DNA of 64,000 nucleotides from a virus (IMGVR_UViG_3300033070_001299:989-64988), one strand, 5' to 3'. Positions 15,546 to 25,860 are shown, counted from the stretch's first letter. Made by a program: numbers and translations. Notes: a model not told the origin generated them from the letters alone.

Positions 15546-16724
15546 ATGCGCGGCCTCGCAGTCCTCCTCGTCGCCAGTGCCCTCGGCAACTCGGCCAACT
15601 TCGGCGATCCCGTCGGCTTCGGCCAGCGGTTCGACAACGAGCTGACCCGGCTGGTCTCCGGCCGGGCCGGCGCGAATCCCATGGCCCAGGCGCGGCTCGA
15701 GGCGCACGCGCGGCGCTTCGACAGCATCGTGGCGGACCTGCGCACCTCCAACCCGGAGGCGGCCCGCCGCGTGGACAGCGCCTGGCAGGTGGCGCGGGCG
15801 GGCAGCCGGCGCGACGCGGGGGGCGCGGCGAGCGCCAGCGCCGGGTTCCACTTCGCGCGCCAGCTCGAGCACATCTACGCGGACGTGCTGCGCGAGGACT
15901 TCCCCACGCCCAACGCCTGGGACCTGTTCCCCATCGACTCGACCGTGCCCGTGGGCGCGCGGACGCACACCGTCCGCCGCATCTACAGCGAGGGCGACGC
16001 GGCCGTGTACCGGGGCGGCCAGACCAAGATCCCGCGCGTCCAGCTCAGCCAGAAGGAGGAGCAGTTCCCCGTCCGGCACTACGTAACGAGCTTCGTGTAC
16101 AGCCTCTTCGAGCAGCTCTCCAGCGCCTTCGCCAACACGGCCCTGGTCGCCGAGCTCCTGCGCGTCGCTCGCGACGTGCTGATGGAATTCGCCAACCAGA
16201 AGGTATGGTACGGCGACCCCGACAACGGGATCTACGGGGTGCTCAACTACAAGTGGCTCCCCAAGAAGATCGTCGCCACGCCGTTCGACGGAACCGCCAG
16301 CCCCGACGACGTGATCGCCGCGCTGAACGCTCTCGGCAACTTCCCCGCCGAGCGCAGCAAGAGCCGGATGCGGCCGGACACCTTCGTCACCTCGACGCGG
16401 GTGAAGAACTACCTGATGAACACGCCGCGGTCGTCCAACACGGACACCACCATCGGGCGGTTCTGGCTGGACAACAACAGCCTCGGGATCAAGCAGATCC
16501 AGGACGCATGGGAGCTCCAGGGCAAGGGGCCGGGCGGCACGGACGGCGCGCTGTTCTACCGGCGCGACCGCCTGGGGATCTGCAACGTGGTCGTGCAGAA
16601 CTTCACGACCCTCCCGGTGCAGTCCCTGGGCTTCGAGGACACGACCTTCGCCTACATGTCGCACGGCGGCGTGATCATGCGGGACGTGGGCAACAACATC
16701 CTCGGCTGGGTCAACGCCGGCTGA
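15546..16724 (+). CDS. major capsid protein (DUF2184 family, HK97 fold)
   Basis: FARQLEHIYADV, LFPIDSTVP.GA, NQKVWYGD..GIYGVLN, LPVQ..G....GGV. Confidence 0.9.
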   Translation: MRGLAVLLVASALGNSANFGDPVGFGQRFDNELTRLVSGRAGANPMAQARLEAHARRFDSIVADLRTSNPEAARRVDSAWQVARAGSRRDAGGAASASAGFHFARQLEHIYADVLREDFPTPNAWDLFPIDSTVPVGARTHTVRRIYSEGDAAVYRGGQTKIPRVQLSQKEEQFPVRHYVTSFVYSLFEQLSSAFANTALVAELLRVARDVLMEFANQKVWYGDPDNGIYGVLNYKWLPKKIVATPFDGTASPDDVIAALNALGNFPAERSKSRMRPDTFVTSTRVKNYLMNTPRSSNTDTTIGRFWLDNNSLGIKQIQDAWELQGKGPGGTDGALFYRRDRLGICNVVVQNFTTLPVQSLGFEDTTFAYMSHGGVIMRDVGNNILGWVNAG

Positions 16725-16749
16725 TCGGGGCGCCCAGCGCCGCGACGAC

Positions 16750-16780
16750 ACGCCCGCCGCCCCGGCGGGCGTTGTGCTTT
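16750..16780 (+). terminator. intrinsic terminator after capsid gene
   Basis: ACGCCCGCCG-CCC-CGGCGGGCGT 10-bp stem followed by TGTGCTTT. Confidence 0.6.
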
Positions 16781-16800
16781 CCAGGCCGGGGCGCTACAGT
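16772..16800 (+). promoter_or_regulatory. late-type promoter TTGTGC-17-TACAGT
   Basis: Overlaps the terminator tail; restarts transcription for neck/tail genes. Confidence 0.55.
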
Positions 16801-16819
16801 GGGCGCGGAGGCTCCGACC

Positions 16820-17104
16820 ATGCCCGCTACCCACCGTGTCGTCGTCGTCAACCGCGGCACCGACCAGATCACCTTCGAGCTCCCCATCATGGAGGGCGGC
16901 GACCCCAAGCGCGACGCGCAGGGCCGCCCCATGATGGAGGAGTACCTGCTCGGCTCGACCGAGGACACCGGCAACCCCGACGCGCCCCAGCCCGAGCTTG
17001 AGCTGGACGGGGAGACCTGGGCGCGGCTCAAGGCCCAGCCGGCCGTCGCCGGGCTGGTGCGCGAGCAGAAGATCGCCGCCTACCAGAAGGGCGCGGAGGT
17101 CTGA
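16820..17104 (+). CDS. small head-associated hypothetical protein
   Basis: GGAGGCTCCGACCATG start; position after the capsid gene. Confidence 0.7.
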   Translation: MPATHRVVVVNRGTDQITFELPIMEGGDPKRDAQGRPMMEEYLLGSTEDTGNPDAPQPELELDGETWARLKAQPAVAGLVREQKIAAYQKGAEV

Positions 17105-17107
17105 TCC

Positions 17108-17518
17108 GTGGCGAAGACCGTCGACGAGCTGGGCGAGGCGCTGGCGGCGGCCATGTACGCCGACGCGCGCTGGGACACCTTCGTCGAGGTGGCGCGCGGC
17201 CAGGTCAAGGCCAGCAAGTGGGGCGCCCGCTACAACCTGGGCGTGGCCTACCTGGCGGCTCACCTCACCTGGGAGGCCATCCAGGCCGACGCCGCGGCCG
17301 ACGACGCCGGGGCCGGCGCCACGGCCGGCGCCTCGGTCACCAGCCGGGGCGCCGGGGACCTCAGCGAGAGCTACGGCGACCTGGCGTCCAGCTCATCGAC
17401 GGGCGCCCTGTCCGCCGAGGATGCGCTGTACATGGGCAGCATCTGGGGCCGGGCCTTCGTGCGGCTGCGCCGCGGCCTGGCGGCCGGGCGCGCCCGCGTC
17501 GTCGACCTGGGCGTGTAG
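17108..17518 (+). CDS. head-tail adaptor (DUF4054-like)
   Basis: WG.RYNLGVAYLAAHL, S..AGDLSESY, YMGSIWGRAF..LRR. Confidence 0.8.
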   Translation: MAKTVDELGEALAAAMYADARWDTFVEVARGQVKASKWGARYNLGVAYLAAHLTWEAIQADAAADDAGAGATAGASVTSRGAGDLSESYGDLASSSSTGALSAEDALYMGSIWGRAFVRLRRGLAAGRARVVDLGV

Positions 17519-17520
17519 CC

Positions 17521-18009
17521 GTGCCCAACGGCCTCACGGACACCGACCGCGGCTACGCGGCCGCCCTGGGCAGCCTCCGGGCCATCGCCAAGGGCGCCCA
17601 CGTCGTGGTCGGCGTGCGCGGCCAGAAGGGCGCCGCGCGCGTGGACGGGGACAAGAGCCCCCTCACGCTGGTCGAGGTGGCGACGGTCAACGAGTATGGC
17701 TCCGAGGACGGCCACGTCCCCGAGCGGTCCTTCCTGCGCAGCACCTTCGACGCGCAGAAGACCGAGATCGGCCGCGCCCTGGCGGCCGGCCTGGACAAGA
17801 TCATCCTCGGCCGCGGGACGACGGACGACCTGCTGGGGCGCGTGGGCCTCAAGCTGGCCGGCGACGTGGTGCAGACGATCAACACGGGCGTCCCCCCACC
17901 CAACGCCCCGGCCACCATCGCCCGCAAGGGCAGCTCGCACACGCTGATCGACGAGGGGCGCCTGCGCCAGTCCATCGATCACGAGGTGCGGCGCGGGAGG
18001 GGTAGGTGA
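17521..18009 (+). CDS. neck/tail-completion protein
   Basis: VATVNEYG...VPERSFLRSTF, PNAPATIARKGSSHTLIDEGRLRQSI. Confidence 0.8.
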   Translation: MPNGLTDTDRGYAAALGSLRAIAKGAHVVVGVRGQKGAARVDGDKSPLTLVEVATVNEYGSEDGHVPERSFLRSTFDAQKTEIGRALAAGLDKIILGRGTTDDLLGRVGLKLAGDVVQTINTGVPPPNAPATIARKGSSHTLIDEGRLRQSIDHEVRRGRGR

Positions 18010-18350
18010 TCCTCGGCCAGCGCGCGCTCGTGCGCCGCCGCTACGCGGCCGGCGCCCGCGGATCCGACGGCCGCTTCACGCCTGGCGCGTCGACCGACAC
18101 GCCGATCTACGGGTCGCTCCAGCCGGCGGACGGGGACGACCTCCAGACGCTGGCCGAGGGCGAGCGTGCCAGCCGGGCGCGCAAGCTCTACACCAAGACC
18201 GAGCTGCGCGTGCTGGACGTGGAGGGCGGCCTGCCCGCCGACGAGGTGCTGGACGGCGACACAGTCTGGACCGTGCGGCTGGTCGGGCGCGAGACGGCCG
18301 TGCTGCCCCACTACAAGGCCCTCCTGCTGGCCCCCCTGGAGAGCGAGTGA
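18006..18350 (+). CDS. head-closure/stopper protein
   Basis: GSLQPADGDDLQTLAEGER..KLYT; synteny; 4-bp overlaps at both ends. Confidence 0.7.
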   Translation: MILGQRALVRRRYAAGARGSDGRFTPGASTDTPIYGSLQPADGDDLQTLAEGERASRARKLYTKTELRVLDVEGGLPADEVLDGDTVWTVRLVGRETAVLPHYKALLLAPLESE

Positions 18351-19165
18351 GCGCGCCGGACACCACCGCCGAGCGCGTGCTCCAGGCCGTGCGCGCCTGG
18401 GCGAAGCTCGCCGCGGCGAGGACCCCGCTCACGGACGCGCAGGTGATCCCGTCGGACGCGCCGGGGCCGCGCCCGGCGAAGCCCTACCTCACGATCAAGA
18501 TCACGGCGCCCGACCTGCCCGTGGGCGAGGACGAGGATCTGTCCTACCTGGGCGACCTGGTCACCGTGGCCGAGGCCGACGAGGGCACCGAGTACTCGCT
18601 CACGGTGCGCGGCGAGGAGGTGTCCTACACCTCCCAGGCCGGCGAGGGCGCCGAAGAGGTGGCCGCCGCCCTGGCCGCCGCCCTGTGCGAGCTGGAGCTG
18701 GTCTACGCCGTCGCCACGGGCGACGAGGTGCAGGTGGCGGCCCTGGCCGGCGAGCTGGGCACCGAGACCGCCGACCCCAACCTGACCCTCGAGGCGGCCA
18801 GCCAGCCCGTCCTCGGGCGCGGCGGGCAGCGCCGGTCCACGGTCTCGCTCCAGGGCTTCGGCGCCGCGACGGCGGGCTGGCTGGAGCGCATGGTGCTCCG
18901 GCTGGGCTCCCCCGACGTGCGCGAGCTGCTGGACGCGGCTGGCCTGTCCGTTCGCCCGCTCGGCGGGCTCACCAACCTCGCGCTGATCCTCGACACGGCG
19001 AGCGAGCCTCGCTACGCTCGGGACGTTGAGGTATCCTACGCGCTCAGGGGCGACCCCTGGTTCGAGGTGCCCGCCGCGCTGGCCTCCGCGGCGGTCCTCC
19101 TCGAGGACCGAGAGGGGGATCCCGACCCCTACGAGATCGAGATCGAGGCCGCGACGGAGACCTGA
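18347..19165 (+). CDS. tail terminator/neck protein with inserted domain
   Basis: VIPSD..GPRP.KPYLTI, VSLQGFG; immediately precedes sheath. Confidence 0.7.
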   Translation: MSAPDTTAERVLQAVRAWAKLAAARTPLTDAQVIPSDAPGPRPAKPYLTIKITAPDLPVGEDEDLSYLGDLVTVAEADEGTEYSLTVRGEEVSYTSQAGEGAEEVAAALAAALCELELVYAVATGDEVQVAALAGELGTETADPNLTLEAASQPVLGRGGQRRSTVSLQGFGAATAGWLERMVLRLGSPDVRELLDAAGLSVRPLGGLTNLALILDTASEPRYARDVEVSYALRGDPWFEVPAALASAAVLLEDREGDPDPYEIEIEAATET

Positions 19166-20589
19166 TGCCCACCACGACGCACAACCCGAACATCACGGTC
19201 AATGTCACCCTGGACCCCAGCCCGCTCCAGGAGGCCGGCTTCGGGACCGTGCTGCTGCTGGTCGACCTGGCCAGCAACAGCCTCGACGGGGAAGGCGTCT
19301 CCACCTTCACCAGCTACGAGGACGCGCTGGCCTACAACACGGCCGGCTACATCTCGAGCAGCACGCTCGCCGCCGCGGCCGTGGTGTTCAGCCAGCGTCC
19401 GAAGCCGTCCGCGTTCAAGGTGGGCGCCTGCGACCTCACGACCGCGGCCGCGGTCAAGGCGTCCAAGGACATGGGCGACGTGGGGACCGGCGCCTTCGAC
19501 ACGGTGCTGGAGGCCCACACGGCCGGCGAGGCGGGCAACGACATCACCGTGGAGCTCGTGGGGGACAGCGGCTCGGGCGTCACGATCACCCGCTCGGGGA
19601 CCGCGATCACCATCCACTACGACCCGGGCGTGAGCACGGTCGCCAACGTGGAGACGGCGATCACCGCGCTTGCGGGCGCGAACGACATCATCGACGTGAA
19701 GACGGGCGGCACCGGGGCCACGGTCCTCAGCGCCGACGACGACGCGGTGTCGCCGGTGAACCTGGCGGGCGGCGTGGATGCGGACACGGACGGCTACGAC
19801 GACGGCCTGACCGCCTGCATCGCCATCGACCCGGACTTCTACGGCGTCGCCCTGGCGAGCCGGGACGCCGACGACGTGGCCGCGGTCGCCACGCTGATCG
19901 AGGCCAGCTCGAAGAAGATGCTGCTGGTGTTCCAGAGCGGCGACGCGGACTGGCTGGCCGGGGACGTGCCCGCCGGCCTGTCCAGCATCGACAGCAACGA
20001 GCGCGCCGCGGGCTTCTACCACGACGACTCGACCGCCTGGGCCGACCTGGGCTTCCTCGCGAACCGGCTGGTCTACGACCCCGACGAGCGGTCGGCCCCC
20101 TGGCACGGCTTCCCCATCGCGGGCGTCGACAGCTACAGCACCGCGCCCACGGCCGCGGAGCGCCTGGCGGCCATTGAGGACGCCCACATCAACCTCGGCC
20201 TGCCCTACGGCGGAGAGGACTTCGTCGCCGACCCCGGCGTCAACCTGAACAACCGGCCGCTGGACGAGATCCTGACCGCCGACTGGTTCGCCACCCGCCT
20301 CCAGGAGCGCACCGCGGTCCTCGTGGTGCAGCACGGCGCGCGCGGCGAGAAGATCGTCGTGAGCAAGGCCGGCCAGAAGAAGATCCTGGCGCTGATCGAC
20401 GGGCTGCTGCAGCAGGGCGTCGCGGCCGGGCACTTCGTCGAGGGCCAGACCAGCGCCGCCGCCGAGGCAATCACCAGCGCGGACCTCACCGCCCGCCGGA
20501 TGCGCTTCACCGTGCGCGCGCAGCTCGCCGTCTCGGCCCGGCTGTTCGTGTTCAACTGCTACTTCAGCCGCGACCCGATCACGGAGTGA
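19165..20589 (+). CDS. contractile tail sheath protein (DUF3383-like)
   Basis: FGTVLLL, VFSQ.PKPS.FKVG, DFYGV, LDEILTADWFATRLQE. Confidence 0.85.
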   Translation: MPTTTHNPNITVNVTLDPSPLQEAGFGTVLLLVDLASNSLDGEGVSTFTSYEDALAYNTAGYISSSTLAAAAVVFSQRPKPSAFKVGACDLTTAAAVKASKDMGDVGTGAFDTVLEAHTAGEAGNDITVELVGDSGSGVTITRSGTAITIHYDPGVSTVANVETAITALAGANDIIDVKTGGTGATVLSADDDAVSPVNLAGGVDADTDGYDDGLTACIAIDPDFYGVALASRDADDVAAVATLIEASSKKMLLVFQSGDADWLAGDVPAGLSSIDSNERAAGFYHDDSTAWADLGFLANRLVYDPDERSAPWHGFPIAGVDSYSTAPTAAERLAAIEDAHINLGLPYGGEDFVADPGVNLNNRPLDEILTADWFATRLQERTAVLVVQHGARGEKIVVSKAGQKKILALIDGLLQQGVAAGHFVEGQTSAAAEAITSADLTARRMRFTVRAQLAVSARLFVFNCYFSRDPITE

Positions 20590-20593
20590 CGCC

Positions 20594-21040
20594 ATGAGCA
20601 CCCCGCTCAAGACCTACGACCTGCAGAGCGTCTACCTCACCCTCGGGGGCTACCGGATCGGCGGCTACGGCGAGGACGGGGGGATCGAGTTCGAATACTC
20701 GGCCGACATTGGCGAGCTGAAGACCGGGGCCGACGGCCAGAGCGTCTTCAGCCGGATCAACAATCCGGCCATGCTCTGCACGATCACCGTCATGGAGACG
20801 TCGCTCTCCTACAAGCAGCTCGCAAACCTCATGCAGGCCCAGGCCGCCCTCGAGCAGATCGAGCGCCTGGAATTCAGCATGGAGGACGAGATCAACGGCG
20901 ACAAGGTGACCGAGCAGTACGCCACCTTCATCGCGCGCCCCGTGCCCAGCAAGGGCAAGGCGGCCGGCGAGCGCCAGTTCAAGATCGCCCTGCCAAACGC
21001 GGCCACCACGGCCAAGTTCGGCGCCAACCTCAGCATCTGA
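20594..21040 (+). CDS. tail tube protein (DUF3277-like)
   Basis: TYDLQSVYLTLGG..IGGYGEDGGIEF, GADGQ. Confidence 0.8.
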   Translation: MSTPLKTYDLQSVYLTLGGYRIGGYGEDGGIEFEYSADIGELKTGADGQSVFSRINNPAMLCTITVMETSLSYKQLANLMQAQAALEQIERLEFSMEDEINGDKVTEQYATFIARPVPSKGKAAGERQFKIALPNAATTAKFGANLSI

Positions 21041-21057
21041 CCAGGGAGCCCCCGACC

Positions 21058-21525
21058 ATGGCCGACCCGATCACCTTCGAGCTCGACGATGCCGACGGCG
21101 CATCGCACGAGTACTCCTGCACGCCCCACCCCGCGCGGGAGGGCTCGGACATCATGTGGCGGCTCATGGCGCTGGGCGCCGAGCCCCTCGGCCGCGCGGC
21201 GAAGGGGCTGCTCCAGACCCTGGACGCCGGCAACCTGCGCCAGCTCATGGACGATCCGAAGGGCCTGGAGAAGATCTCGGCCGCGGTGGACTTCGCCGCG
21301 CTCGGCGCCGACGTGCGCGCCACACTCCAGGCGACGCCCATGACTGACCTGGTGCGGGGCATCCTGAAGTACACCAGCCGCGACGGCAAGCGGCTCGACA
21401 ACCAGCTTCACTTCGACGCGGCCTACACGCGCAACTACGGCGAGCTGCTCCGCGCGGCCTGGGAGGCGGCGCAGGTGAACCGTTTTTTGTCGCTGCCAGC
21501 TACGTCCTCGACCGGCGCCAGGTAG
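21058..21525 (+). CDS. tail assembly chaperone (G-like)
   Basis: Between tube and tape measure; ends just after a slippery T-run. Confidence 0.8.
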   Translation: MADPITFELDDADGASHEYSCTPHPAREGSDIMWRLMALGAEPLGRAAKGLLQTLDAGNLRQLMDDPKGLEKISAAVDFAALGADVRATLQATPMTDLVRGILKYTSRDGKRLDNQLHFDAAYTRNYGELLRAAWEAAQVNRFLSLPATSSTGAR

Positions 21526-21734
21526 CGCCCGAGTGGCGCGTCCGCCGGGCCGTGGAGCGGGCCGCGGCCCAGGGCGTCGACTGGTGGACGTGGCGCGTGG
21601 TGCTCTCGCCCAAGGTCCCCGACGGGCTGGCCGAGCTGCGCACCACCTGGACGTTCAGCGACCTCTACGAGGCGCACGTCGTCCTTGATACGCTGGAGGA
21701 GCTGAGGCCCGAGCCCGGCCAGGAGGAACAGTAG
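21058..21734 (+). CDS. tail assembly chaperone GT-like -1 frameshift product
   Basis: T TTT TTG at 21483-21489; the -1 frame is open from there to TAG 21734. Confidence 0.75.
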
Positions 21735-21736
21735 GC

Positions 21737-23440
21737 ATGGCGATCACCCTCCGAGAGCTGCTGGTGAAGATCGGCGTCGACGCCGACACCGAGGAGCTTG
21801 AGGCGTTCGACGGGGCCGTCGAGCGCGGCAAGGAGGCGCTCGGCAACCTCGTCCAGGTGGCGACCGCAGCCGCGGCGGCCGTGGCGGCCGTGGCCGCGGC
21901 CACCATCGCCGGGGCGGTCTCGACCGCCGGCTACGCCCGCACCGTCGAGCAGAGCGCGGAGACCCTGGGGCTCACGACGCAGCAGTACCAGGAGCTCGCC
22001 TACGCCATCGAGAAGACCGGCGGGACGACCGAGGATCTGGCGACGCTGCTGACCAAGCTCACGCTGGCCCAGCAGGGGGCGGCCTCGGGCAGCCAGGCGC
22101 AGATCGACGCCTTCAAGGCCCTCGGCCTGACCATGGAGCAGGTCAAGGCCGCCGACCCCGCCGAGCTGCTCCGGCTGGTCGCCGACGGTATGGCGCGCAC
22201 CGCCAGCTCGACGGAGCGGCTGGCGGCTGCCAACGCGATCTTCGGGGACGACCTGGCGCGCAAGGTGATCCCGGTCCTGTCCCTGGGCGCCGACGGCCTG
22301 GAGCGGCTGGGGATCGAGGCGGAGCAGCTCGGCCTCGTCATGTCCGAGGACGCGCTCCAGGCCGCGACGGACTTCGGCGCCCAGGTGTCCGTCCTCGAGG
22401 CGCTCGCGGTGAGCCTGCGCAACGAGCTGTCCAGCGCCGTGATCCCCACGCTGATCCGCCTGACCGGCGAGTTCCTCCAGTGGGTACAGGCCAACCGCGA
22501 CCTGATCTCGGAGGAGGTGCGTGCCTGGGCCGAGCGGATCGCCGACGCCTTCGACGCGCTCGCCACGGCCGTCGCCACCGTGAACAAGCTCGTGGGCGGC
22601 GTGGAGGGCTGGGAGAAGCTGGGCGCGGTGCTGGCGGCGCTCGCTGGGGCCGCCGGGATCGCCTACGTCGTGGTCCAAATCGGCCTCCTGATCGCCAGCA
22701 TCGTCTCCGCGGTGAGCGCGGCCGCGGCCTTCGTGGGCGGCGGCTGGGCGCTCGTGGCCGTGGTGGCGGCCGTGGCCGCCGGGATCGCCCAGCTCGTGGC
22801 CTGGGCGGCCGCCGTGGCGGCGTTCCTGCTGGTGCTGCAGGACTTCTGGACCTACCTGCAGGGCGGGGACAGCGTGTTTGGCCGCCTGATCGAGAAGTGG
22901 CGCGAGGCGCCCGGCCTGCTGGGGGCGATCAGCCGGTTCATGGAGGCCCTCAGCCAGCTCGGCGGCGCAGCCCTGGGCACCCTGTCCGCGGCCTGGGACG
23001 CCTTCGTGGCGGCCATTCAGCCCGCCATCGACCTCGCCAAGCTGTTCGCCGGGGTGCTGATGAACGAGGTCGGCGCCGCGCTGGACGCCCTGGCCCCGAT
23101 CCTCGACGCGGCGACGGCCGGCCTGAACGCGGTCACCAGCGCGCTCGGGGGCAACACGGGCGCGCCCAACGCTGGCGCCGGCACCTACACCGCCTCGAGC
23201 GCCGCGCCGGCCTCCAGCAGCTCCTACGCCCCGGCGTCGGCCTCCTCGGGCTACGGCATGGCCAGCAGCGCGGCGGGGACCTCCAGCACCAGCCGCACCG
23301 TCTCCCAGACCGTGCAGGGGGACACGATCACGATCACCGGGATCGGGATCAGCGCCGAGGAGGCGACCACGCTGATCGAGCGCGTCATGGCCGAGAAGGC
23401 GCGGCTGGTGTCCTCCAGCTACGACGCGGCGGAGGTGTAG
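21737..23440 (+). CDS. tape measure protein
   Basis: LRELLVKIGVD N-terminus; Ala-rich helical; TM-like segment. Confidence 0.85.
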   Translation: MAITLRELLVKIGVDADTEELEAFDGAVERGKEALGNLVQVATAAAAAVAAVAAATIAGAVSTAGYARTVEQSAETLGLTTQQYQELAYAIEKTGGTTEDLATLLTKLTLAQQGAASGSQAQIDAFKALGLTMEQVKAADPAELLRLVADGMARTASSTERLAAANAIFGDDLARKVIPVLSLGADGLERLGIEAEQLGLVMSEDALQAATDFGAQVSVLEALAVSLRNELSSAVIPTLIRLTGEFLQWVQANRDLISEEVRAWAERIADAFDALATAVATVNKLVGGVEGWEKLGAVLAALAGAAGIAYVVVQIGLLIASIVSAVSAAAAFVGGGWALVAVVAAVAAGIAQLVAWAAAVAAFLLVLQDFWTYLQGGDSVFGRLIEKWREAPGLLGAISRFMEALSQLGGAALGTLSAAWDAFVAAIQPAIDLAKLFAGVLMNEVGAALDALAPILDAATAGLNAVTSALGGNTGAPNAGAGTYTASSAAPASSSSYAPASASSGYGMASSAAGTSSTSRTVSQTVQGDTITITGIGISAEEATTLIERVMAEKARLVSSSYDAAEV

Positions 23441-23441
23441 G

Positions 23442-24011
23442 GTGCCCAGCACGCCGATCACCATCGTCCGCGAGGACGGCCGCACGACGCTCACCTTCGA
23501 CGCTGTGATCAGCTACGCGCTCACGGGCACCGTCTCGGTCACCGATCACCCGGTCGAGACGGGCAGCACCGTCTCGGACCACGCGCAGCGCCAGCCCAAG
23601 CAGCTCGCGATCACGGGGATCGTGTCCGAGACGCCCTACGCCAGCGTCGCCAGCTCGGGCGGCGCCGACCGCACGGCGCAGGCCCTGGCCTTCCTGGACG
23701 CCGCGGCCGGCGAGCTGCTGACCGTGGTGACCGCGGCCTTCGGCACGCTCCAGAACATGGTCCTCACGCGCTACCCCACGACCGCCGACAACGTGCGACG
23801 GTTCACCTTCGACCTGGAGTTCAAGCAGGTCACCCTCGCGACGGCCGGGCTGGTCGAGATCCCCCCCGAGCAGACCAGCAGCGCGGGCCTCCCCGACGAG
23901 CAGGACGTGGGCGAGCAGCCCACCGACACCACCGAGGACGCCCCCGCGCAGGAGGAGGCCGACACCAGCCTCCTCCTCGACCTGCTCACCTCCGTCGGCG
24001 CGGAGCCGTAG
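23442..24011 (+). CDS. baseplate/tube-initiator protein
   Basis: TDHPVETGSTVSDH motif. Confidence 0.75.
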   Translation: MPSTPITIVREDGRTTLTFDAVISYALTGTVSVTDHPVETGSTVSDHAQRQPKQLAITGIVSETPYASVASSGGADRTAQALAFLDAAAGELLTVVTAAFGTLQNMVLTRYPTTADNVRRFTFDLEFKQVTLATAGLVEIPPEQTSSAGLPDEQDVGEQPTDTTEDAPAQEEADTSLLLDLLTSVGAEP

Positions 24012-24371
24012 ATGGGCCTCGCTGTCTCCACCTTCCCCGGCCTGCCCGCCTTCAAGCAGACGCTCACGCTGGAGAGCACGCAGTACCGCCTCCGGCTGAC
24101 CTGGCGCGACCGCCTGCAGGGCTGGTACGCCGATCTGTACCTGCTGGACGAGACGCCCCTGGCGCTGGGCCGGCGCCTGTCCGCGGGCTGGGGCCCCTTC
24201 TTCGGGCTCAGCCTGCCCGACGGGCCCGAGGGCCTCTTCGTGGTGCGCGGCCTGGACGGCTACGCGCGCGCGGACCTGGGCGACGCGCTCAAGCTCATCT
24301 ACTACACCCGCGCCGAGCTGGCCGCGGCCGCGCCGGCCGCCGAGCCCGACGTGTTCGTGCGGGTGCTGTAG
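24012..24371 (+). CDS. baseplate plug-type protein
   Basis: QTLTLES..YRLRLTW....WYADL; synteny. Confidence 0.7.
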   Translation: MGLAVSTFPGLPAFKQTLTLESTQYRLRLTWRDRLQGWYADLYLLDETPLALGRRLSAGWGPFFGLSLPDGPEGLFVVRGLDGYARADLGDALKLIYYTRAELAAAAPAAEPDVFVRVL

Positions 24372-25180
24372 TGGCCCTCTGGCGCCGCCAGGTCTTCGTC
24401 CAGGTGGGCAGCCCCGGCGAGACGGGCAAGTCCTTCGCCGGGCTGCGCGTGAGCTTCGACGTGAAGATGAGCCGGGCCAGCTCGCCGAACAGCGCGACGC
24501 TGGAGATCTACAACGTCAACCCGGCGAGCGTGGCGCTGGCCCAGGACAGCGCCGCCGAGGTGCGGCTGCTGGTCGGCTACGACGTGCCGCGCCTGATCTT
24601 CGTCGGCAACCCGGTCAAAAACGGCGTCCGCCTGGACCGCCGAGGCCCCGACCGCGTGCTGCACATCGAGGCCCAGGACGGCGGGCGCAGCTACGCGGAC
24701 AGCCGCGTGAGCGTGTCTTTCACCACGCAGACCACGGCGCGCCAGGTCTTCGACGCCGTGGCCGCGCAGATGGGCCTCCCCCAGGGCACGATCCGCGTCG
24801 ACGAGGCCCTGGTGTTCCCCAAGGGGATCGTCCTGGCCGGCCCCGCCCGCGACGTGCTCGACCGGCTGGCCGACAGCCTGGGCAGCGACTGGTTCATTCG
24901 GGACGGGGCCCTCCAGTTCGTGGGCACCGGCGAGGACACGGGCGAGGCCGCCGTGGTGTTCTCGGCCGCGACCGGCAACCTGATCGGGAGCCCCAGCCCG
25001 AAGGACGGCGGGATCCAGGTGAGGGCGCTGCTCGAGCCCGGGATCCGGCCCGGCAAGGTGTTCAAGGTCGAGAGCGAGGATTACACCGGGTTCTACACGG
25101 CCGGGGACGTGCAGTTCCAGGGCGACAGCGGCTGGGACACGCCCTACTACGTCGTGGTACAGGGGAAGCCCAGGAGCTGA
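24371..25180 (+). CDS. baseplate hub protein
   Basis: LRVSFDV, ATLEIYN, VRLLVGY..LIFVG, WFIRDGAL, GLIGSP-like, ALLEP.IRPG. Confidence 0.8.
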   Translation: MALWRRQVFVQVGSPGETGKSFAGLRVSFDVKMSRASSPNSATLEIYNVNPASVALAQDSAAEVRLLVGYDVPRLIFVGNPVKNGVRLDRRGPDRVLHIEAQDGGRSYADSRVSVSFTTQTTARQVFDAVAAQMGLPQGTIRVDEALVFPKGIVLAGPARDVLDRLADSLGSDWFIRDGALQFVGTGEDTGEAAVVFSAATGNLIGSPSPKDGGIQVRALLEPGIRPGKVFKVESEDYTGFYTAGDVQFQGDSGWDTPYYVVVQGKPRS

Positions 25181-25182
25181 CC

Positions 25183-25845
25183 ATGGCCGCCGACACCCCC
25201 TCCGACACCGACCTACTCCAGAAGGCGATCCGCGCCCAGCTCGCGCGCGTCCACACGGCCCTCCCGGGCGTGGTGCAGAGCTACGACCCCGACAGCCAGA
25301 CGGCCACGGTGCAGCCGGCGGTCCAGTTCAAGGCCCGCGACAAGGACGGGGCGATCACGGACTACGAGGCCCCGGCGATCCCCAACGTGCCCGTCGCCTT
25401 CCCCGGGGCCGGCGACTTCTCCATCGTGTGGCCGCTCGAGGCGGGGGACACGGTGCTCCTCGTCTTCTGCGAGCGCAGCCTGGACGAGTGGCGCAGCACC
25501 GCGGGCAGCTCGCACGCGGCCCGCGACGTGCGGCGCCACGACCTGTCCGACGCCGTGGCGATCCCCGCCCTGCGCAGCCCAGCGGCTCCCGTGGGCGCCG
25601 AGGGCCTGGCCGCTGGCGCGCTCGTGGTGCGCGGCGCCGAGGTGCGGCTGGGGAGCTCGGCCGCGACCTCCTACGTGGCGCTGGCGACGCTCGTGGACGC
25701 GGCGCTCCAGCAGCTCGCGACGGCGTTCAGCGGCTGGACGCCGGTGCCCGAGGACGGCGGCGCCGCGCTGAAGACCATCCTGACCGCGCTTCTGGGCACG
25801 GGCTGGCCGGCGTCCACCGCCGCGGCGAAGGTCAAAGCGGAGTAG
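25183..25845 (+). CDS. baseplate spike (Gp138-like)
   Basis: TALPGVVQSYD, VPVAFP, GDTVLLVFCERSLD.W, RRHDLSDAVAIP. Confidence 0.85.
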   Translation: MAADTPSDTDLLQKAIRAQLARVHTALPGVVQSYDPDSQTATVQPAVQFKARDKDGAITDYEAPAIPNVPVAFPGAGDFSIVWPLEAGDTVLLVFCERSLDEWRSTAGSSHAARDVRRHDLSDAVAIPALRSPAAPVGAEGLAAGALVVRGAEVRLGSSAATSYVALATLVDAALQQLATAFSGWTPVPEDGGAALKTILTALLGTGWPASTAAAKVKAE

Positions 25846-25860
25846 CGTCGCGGTTTCGAC

